Assembly (NCBI RefSeq): GCF_009914755.1
Contig: NC_060939.1
Source of the DNA: the human T2T-CHM13v2.0 reference genome, Homo sapiens
Strand: one strand, 5' to 3'
DNA length: 64,000 bases
The translations under genes were made by a program, and so were the position numbers. Below are positions 55,078 through 64,000 of this stretch, one piece after another. The notes under the pieces are model-generated. The model made no database searches. It was given only the letters and a program-made list of their open reading frames with translations, and had not been told where the DNA came from. Each line of letters starts with the position of its first letter. Within the stretch, counting starts at the first letter, position 1.

Positions 55078-55669
55078 TATAATAGATATATATATTACAT
55101 TATATATATTACATATTATATTATTATATATTATATTATAATATATAATATATTATTATTATAATAAAATATATATTATAATAATAAAAATATATATTAT
55201 AATATATTATATTATAATATATTATAATATAATTTATTATATAATATTATTATATTATAATATATTATATATTATTATATTATAATATACTATAATATAT
55301 ATTATTATAATATACTATAATATATATTATTATATTATAATATACTATAATATATATTATTATATAATATACTATTATATATATTATTATATTATAATAT
55401 ATATAATATATATTATTATATAATATATATAATATATATTATTATATAATATATATAATATAATATATTATTATAATTATTATAATATAATATATAATAG
55501 AATATATTATAATATATCATAATATAATATAATATATATTATAATATATTATATATTATGATATATTATATATTACGATATATTATATATTATTATATAT
55601 TATATTATATATTATAATATATATTTTTATTATTATAATGTATATTTTATATTATATATAATATATATA
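55078..55669. repeat. Low-complexity AT tract of about 590 bp (TA/TAT/TAA mixture)
   Basis: Almost no G or C. Starts immediately after an Alu left monomer. Confidence 0.95.
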
Positions 55670-56892
55670 AGAAAAATAAAGAGAAAAAGCATAATAGCAA
55701 TGACCTACTTCGGAGTCTTGGCAACAAGTCCTACCTTACAAATACAATTCAAATTGCTACACACTATTTAAACAACTGGCAAACTAAAATCCCAGGAGAG
55801 TCAGCAATACCTCATAACAGAGCATCTGATTCATCCCCCAATTTCTAGGAAAGGACAAAAGTACTTTATAAACCCCAGGAAAGTCTAAACGGCCTGAGGC
55901 TGCACCTGAGCTTTAGAGCCTTACGATTAAGGCAACATAGCTTACACCATTGGAGAAGGAAAGAACCAGCAAAACCAATCAGGCAAAGTGCATGAAAAGA
56001 GCCAAGAAATAAAGGCCATGAAGAAAAGCTTTCAGAAGATCATTCTGGCCTGGAACCAGCTGAAGCCACGCCAGAGAAATGAGTCCCAGAGAAGACAACA
56101 GGACAAACTTAGAATGCTCCTTCAGAAAATAGTTTGAATTGCCTCTGTGGAGTGAGTGGCCAGCATCAAAATGAGGAAAGATGGAAGGAAAAAGAAGTGA
56201 GCACAGAAAGATCCCAGAAATAAAACTCTAGCCAGTCAGTAAATTCCCCAGGAGACATGGTACCTGTTTTTGTTTTTTGTTTTTTCTGCTTTTTTTTTTT
56301 CTTTTGAGACAGAATCTCGCTCTGTCGCCCAGGCTGGAGTACAGTGGCGCAATCTTGGCTCCTGGCAAGCTCCACCTCCCGGGTTCACGCCATTCTCCTG
56401 CTTCAGGCTCCCGCCACCACACCCGGCTAATTTTTTTGTATTTTTAATAGAGACAGGGTTTCACCATGTTAGCTGGGATGGTCTCGATCTCCTCACCTCG
56501 TGATCCACCTGCCTCGGCCTCCCAAAGTGCTGGGATTACAGGCGTGAGCCACCACCCCCGGCCGAGACATGGTACCTGTTTTTTAATTAACCTATTATCC
56601 TTTAAATACAGTTCTCTAGTGGGCCTCTCTGATGTTGCTTATAGAATAAAACACCAGAATAATAGAACATATTTTTCCTGCTACTTAGCTGGGTATACAA
56701 TTTCTAATAAAAAATAATCAACGGATAAATCAATGTATAAGTAGAAGTGGAAAATGTAAATGACCAAGAGGTGATATGAACTCATCACATATCCATCTGT
56801 TAAGATAAATTTTCATTTTTTGGCTGGGCACAGTGGCTCGCCCCTGTAAACCCAGCACTTTGGGAAGCCAAGGTGGGCAGATCATGAGGTCA

Positions 56893-57178
<286 letters not shown>

Positions 57179-58131
57179 TCACACACTTCCTTCAAAGTAC
57201 ATCTTGCCTTCCTTTTTATTAAGCTCAGTTCCTCCAAGGTCCTTAATGTTCTGTAGCTCCCAAGAGCTGTTGCCTTGAGCTGACCTCTGTCCCCCTGCTG
57301 GTCAGGATGTTATTCTTGGCTTTAAGCACAGGAACAATTCCTCCTGGTTTGGCCTGACCAGGCCTTGCATGTAGAGTCCAGTGTACTATAAACAGTGATG
57401 TGATATTTACAGATACAAATACACATGCGTAGCACCTGCTCTGTTCAGCCTCAGATTCACCCTCCTGCACACCCATCCCTCTGGTGGAAGAGATGAACCT
57501 CTAAAAGGAGTCAGAAAGAATGGCCTCATCTTCAACAACCTTCCTTTAGACAGTTAATCAGATTTCTCCCTCTGCTTACACATAGGTTTAACATGACCAC
57601 TGAGTACAAAGTAATTTGTAGCTCTGCTGGTTACCAGAAAAACAAGTCCCAGCAACTTTAATCAGCAACACAGTCTTCAGAAGGGATAATTGAAATTCTC
57701 AAAATTAAAACTCAGTTTATTTCCTAGTGAAAGAAAGAATGAGCCAAAAGATGAGTCACAGCTTAGAAAATATTTTAACTCCAGGACAATGGTTTGAATC
57801 TATCTATGCTTATGAAACACAAGTTGTTAACACCTGGCAGCTAAGGAAGAGCTGGAGTTCAAACAGCTCTGGTCTTCCTTTGGGATAAGGTCTGAATTGA
57901 TATATGGAGAAACTAACATTACCACTTACAACCCTCCTTAACCAGTTTTTCAGGTAAGGGTAAGATTTGTTTTGTTTTGCTTTTTTGAGACAGGTTGTTG
58001 CTTTGTCACCGAGGATGGAGTGGAGCAATCATGGCTCACTGCAGCCTCGACCTCCTGGGCTCAATTGATCCTCCTGCCTCAGCCTTTCCAAGTGGCTGAG
58101 ACTACATGCACACGTCACCATGCCTGGCTAA

Positions 58132-58272
<141 letters not shown>

Positions 58273-59226
58273 TAAGATTTGTTCCTGCATAGTCAAAAAG
58301 CATACTATAATTATCTACTTCTCCCACAACCATGTTTAAATAAATAAAAACAAGTTTCTTGACTATGGCCATGAAGATAAAGATACTAGAGAACCTGCTA
58401 TAAAACAGCTGAGAAAGCTGTCAATTAAGCAGGGTACACCCTGGACACAATTCATTAGTGTTGAAATAATGGTATCAGAGAGAATAAAACCAACAACATA
58501 GCCTCCATGTTACATCAAACTCCCAAGAGCAGCTATAATTTTGAGATGAGCTTTGGGCAAGGAACTAGCCACTCAAGAGGACAAGAATAATGTGCTGGCA
58601 CTCTCAGTTCCACAGGTAGTACCTTAAATCCTATATCCCAAGACAACCTAGGAGAGTGAAGAGCCAGACCTGTAAGAAACCTGCTCTTGAAATAAACAAA
58701 AAACTTCTGTCTCCTGAAATATCAGTTACCTAGCAACAAAGGAGAAAGTTTAGTGTGGTTTTGGGGATTATAAAGAACCAATCCATCTTCTTATTCACTA
58801 CTGTGTGTTATTTGGGCAAGTCATTTAACCTCTCTGAGCCACAATTTCCTCACCTTGAATGAGAAACGGATGGAAGAGCACCCACTACCATACCTAGCAC
58901 TTGGTAGTCTCTGAATGGATGAATGTTCATTCTCTTTTTTCTTTACTCTGGTCATTTCACACTAAAACTTCTTTCAACAAAGATAGAATTTCTTAGAATC
59001 ATATGACCTCTGTTGCTTCCCTTTAGTCTGTATCAATGCAATCTCTCTAATCCATTTTATACAAAACCATACATTTAAACTAGAAATATGTGTTCAGGCT
59101 GGGAGTGGTGGCTCACATCTGTAATCCCAGCACTTTGGAAGGCCAAGGTGGGAAGACTGCTTGAGCCCAGGAGTTAGAGACCAGCCTGGGCAACATGGTG
59201 AGACCCCATCTCTACAAAAAAATTTA

Positions 59227-59568
<342 letters not shown>

Positions 59569-59623
59569 TCAGGAGGCTGATGCGGGAGAATAGCTTGAAC
59601 CCAGGAGGCAGAGGCTGCAGTAA

Positions 59624-59881
<258 letters not shown>

Positions 59882-60909
59882 TAGTAGAGACGGGGTTTCA
59901 CTATGTTGGCCAGGATGGTCTCGATCCCTTGACCTCGTGATCCACCTGCCTCGGCCTCCCAAAGTGCTGGGATTACAGGCCTGAGCCACCGCGCCCGGCC
60001 TCAACTGAAAACACTTTTTAAAGGACCAATTATTCCTTATTCAAGGCTCTGTGGCTATAAAGAAAAAGCTGAGGCCAGAAGTATTTAGACTTCAGTTCCC
60101 ATCTTTTTGTCCCTACTCTCAGACTTCTCTGGCAGCTCCAGAGATTAACAATGCCATCCTAGGCACAAGCTCCTTTTAACAGCGCAAACTATGGAGAGGT
60201 CTCAATACAATAAAGAAACAGGTGTTGATTACAGGTGTTGTGCAGAACAAACACCATGAAAAAATGCAGTCAGTCATCCTGCAATGAAGACCTAAATAAG
60301 GAAAGTGATTCAAGATAAGATGCAATGTCTGGCTTTTAACAAATTTGAAGATACTTCTGTATTTCAACAAATATGCCATTTCTCCATTATTTCAGTGATG
60401 GATGCATTAATGAACTACCTTCCTCTCATGACCTGTTTCCCCCCTCTCTCCTTCATTGTGATTACTGCCTTTTTATATCTATTGATCTCTTCAGCCCATA
60501 TTAATCTGCTAGGTGAGACTCTGAGCAAAGACACACTGGTTTGCTATAAGGCAGCAAGAGGTTTGATGAATTTCCAAACTAAAACTACGATTTTTCCATA
60601 AGCACTTTGTTAATGTACCAAAAAAGGAAACAAATCCAGTCCCTTTAATATTTACTGGTTTATCTCAAATATTTTCCACTTCTCAGGAAAACATTGCCTT
60701 TTCTTAAAATGTGATTTTAAAAGAGATAATGCTTTCTTAAATAGGCTCTTACTGCATTTGGGAAAAGTTTTAAGTATATTTTCTGATTTTATCGTATTAT
60801 AAAACAATGTAATAACAAAAATTTGCAAAAAGTAAAAGGCCAGTCATAATCTGTGCACACACACATTTAAAGAAAAACTTAAGGGAAGGGGAAAAGAAAG
60901 GATTAGTCA

Positions 60910-61670
60910 AACATTCACAACAAATATTTGCTGAGGGCCCATTCTGTGCTAATCAGTACAGTAGTCGTTGAGAAGACACAACATAGATCGCTTCTTGGCC
61001 TTTCGCTAAGATCAAGTGAGAAGACACAACATAGAGACATAAAGACCCTATTCCAAGCAGTTTACAATCATTTAACTATGGAGACAGATGTATAAATACA
61101 TCTTTACCACATAATGTAATAAATTCTAGGAAGGTTCTATGAACAGAATGCTATGGGATTCAAACTCTCTCTATGGATATAAAAAAAATTTTTTTAGGAG
61201 TGCCTTGAAGGATGAGTAGGAATCTGTCAGGCAGAGAAAAGTATTCTAGTCAGAGAACAAAATGTTTCAAATCAGGGTCATGAAAGAACAGGGCTTATTG
61301 GGGATATCATATAGCTAGTGTGTCCAATGTGTATGAGGGAGAATGGTGGGAGATGTGTGAACAGGGGGGCTGAACCAGACTGGGAAGGCCCTTGTATGCT
61401 GTACTTCAAATTCCAGACATGATCCTATAAACATAAAAGATTCAATAGAGATCTTTAAGCAAAGGGATGAGATGATGAGTTTGGTTCCCCTCTCCCACCT
61501 CAAAAAAATAACTATAAGCAGTGGGGAAGTCAGACTGAAAGGAAAAAAAATCTAGCAACAGGGAGGTAAGTTCCCTGAAGACAGGGATCATATCTATTTT
61601 ATTCACCTAGTTCCTAGCACTGTGCCTGGCACAAAGCACTTACTTAATAAATATCTATGATGAATGAATG
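60910..61670. mobile_element. Degraded L2 fragments
   Basis: cattcacaacaaatatttgctgag; ccttgaaggatgagtagga; cctagcactgtgcctggcaca...tgaatgaatgaat. Confidence 0.65.
60987..61018 (+). pseudogene. U2 snRNA 5' fragment (nt 1 to about 33), tailless retrocopy
   Basis: atcgcttcttggcctttcgctaagatcaagtg with a perfect 16-bp TSD agaagacacaacatag at 60971-60986 and 61019-61034. Confidence 0.92.
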
Positions 61671-61743
61671 AATTAATTATTGAAGTCTCAATATTATTAA
61701 CATTTAGAGGGCAGACAGAAGATGAAGAACAAAGGAACTTTTA

Positions 61744-62077
<334 letters not shown>

Positions 62078-62147
62078 CTAGTGATTGCTGAAAATCAAAT
62101 AAATGGTGATCTAAACAAAAACAAGAGGAATCGTCAAATATCTTCCC

Positions 62148-62179
<32 letters not shown>

Positions 62180-62296
62180 CAGGCTCGGTGGCTCACGCCT
62201 GTAATCCCAGCACTTTGGGAGGCTTAGGTGGGTGGACCATGAGGTTAAGAGATCAAGACCATCCTGGCCAACACGGTGAAACCCCCACCTCTATTA

Positions 62297-62806
<510 letters not shown>

Positions 62807-63809
62807 TCACAGTAAAGATAGCTCTCACATTACAGGCTTCTCCGAGGAATGTAAAGACTTGGTTTAACATCAGGAGATCTATCAAAGCAATTTTTATGTT
62901 AACAGGAAAGGAAAAAAAAGTATATAACCTTCTCAACAGATGCTGAAAATGCACTGCGTAAAATCCATCACACATAGGCCCCGTAATTTTTTTCTATTAA
63001 AGATGAGAAGGCCAGCAGGTACCTGCTATTACCACCACTATGTAACATTGCACTGAAGGTCATACCTAACAGAAGCCAAAAGATGCGTAACAACCTGATG
63101 CAAAAAGACAGGAATTTTAGGCCAGGTGTGGTGGCTCCAATCTATAATCCCAGCACTCTGGGAGGCCGAAGTGGGCAGACTGCTTGATCTCAGGAGTTCG
63201 TGACCAGCCTGAGGAACATGACAAAACCCCGTCTCTACAAAAAATACAAAAATTCGCCCAGCATGATGGCACACGCCTACAGTCCCACAAGTGGGAGGAT
63301 CACTTAAGCCCGGGAGGCAGAGGCTGCAGTGAGCTGAAACTGTACCACTGCATGGCCCCCCAGCCTGGGTGACACAGCCAGACCCTGTCTCAAAAAAAAA
63401 AAGGAATGTTAAAGAAGAGAATAAAATTCAGAAACCACACAGTGTATATCTAAGTATACAGTATATGAAACAAGTAATATGACTATTAGTAAGCAAAAAG
63501 TATTATAGGAATTTAGATATGCACATAAATATTTGTAGGATACACAAAAAACTGGTAATAATGGTCACCTCTGGGGAGAGAAAATGAACTGGGGCTGGGT
63601 GTAATGCTTCACACCTGTAACCCCAACACTTTGTGAGGCTGAGGCAGGAGGATCACTTGAATCCAGTAGTTCCAGACCAGCCTAGGCAACAAAGCAAGAC
63701 CCAGTCTCTATAAAAAAAATAAAAAAGAAAGAAAGAAAGAAAGAAAGAAAATGAACTGGGAAACAGCATTGGAAGATAACTATAAGCAACCTTTAAAAAA
63801 TTTTTTTTT

Positions 63810-63951
63810 GGCCGGGCGTGGTGGCTCACGCCTGTAATCTCAGGTGTTTCACCATTTTGGCCAGGATGGTCTTGATCTCTCGACCTCATGATCCGCCCGC
63901 CTTGGCCTCCCAAAGTGCTGGGATTATAGGCGTGAGCCACTGTGCCCGGCC
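63810..63951. repeat. Fold-back Alu chimera (34-bp sense Alu head fused to an antisense Alu left arm)
   Basis: ggccgggcgtggtggctcacgcctgtaatctcag followed directly by gtgtttcaccattttggccaggatgg...gtgagccactgtgcccggcc. Confidence 0.85.
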
Positions 63952-64000
63952 AGTGATTTATCTTTAGTAAACAAATTACATTTACTATCTTCTCTCTGAA

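Overview
Human intragenic DNA, as shown by the human-specific SVA_F1 and AluYb8 elements. The window covers coding exons 2-9 of PTPN9 (PTP-MEG2, a Sec14/CRAL-TRIO domain fused to a tyrosine phosphatase; 15q24 from prior knowledge) on the minus strand. All eight exons have GT-AG boundaries and join into one continuous reading frame. Exon 1 lies beyond the right edge and exons 10 onward lie beyond the left edge. The introns are extremely Alu-dense and also contain L1, L2, MIR, LTR and DNA-transposon relics. The most notable structure is a four-level nest in intron 8: an old L1M contains an AluY, which is split by a MAST2-exon-1/SVA fusion element (SVA_F1, with a CpG island and an intact 107-aa chimeric ORF), which itself carries a very young AluY. 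A second SVA in the same orientation lies in intron 7, so the two SVAs bracket exon 8. Other oddities are two tailless U2 snRNA 5' fragments with TSDs, a templated inverted copy of an Alu/microsatellite junction, a 26-bp poly(T) micro-insertion, a reused Alu insertion site and a ~590-bp AT-only tract. I see no evidence of a wholly new biological system. Almost all ORFs in the supplied track are Alu or SVA artefacts. Repeat subfamily names come from recalled consensus sequences and need RepeatMasker/Dfam confirmation. Most ordinary Alus are not listed individually.
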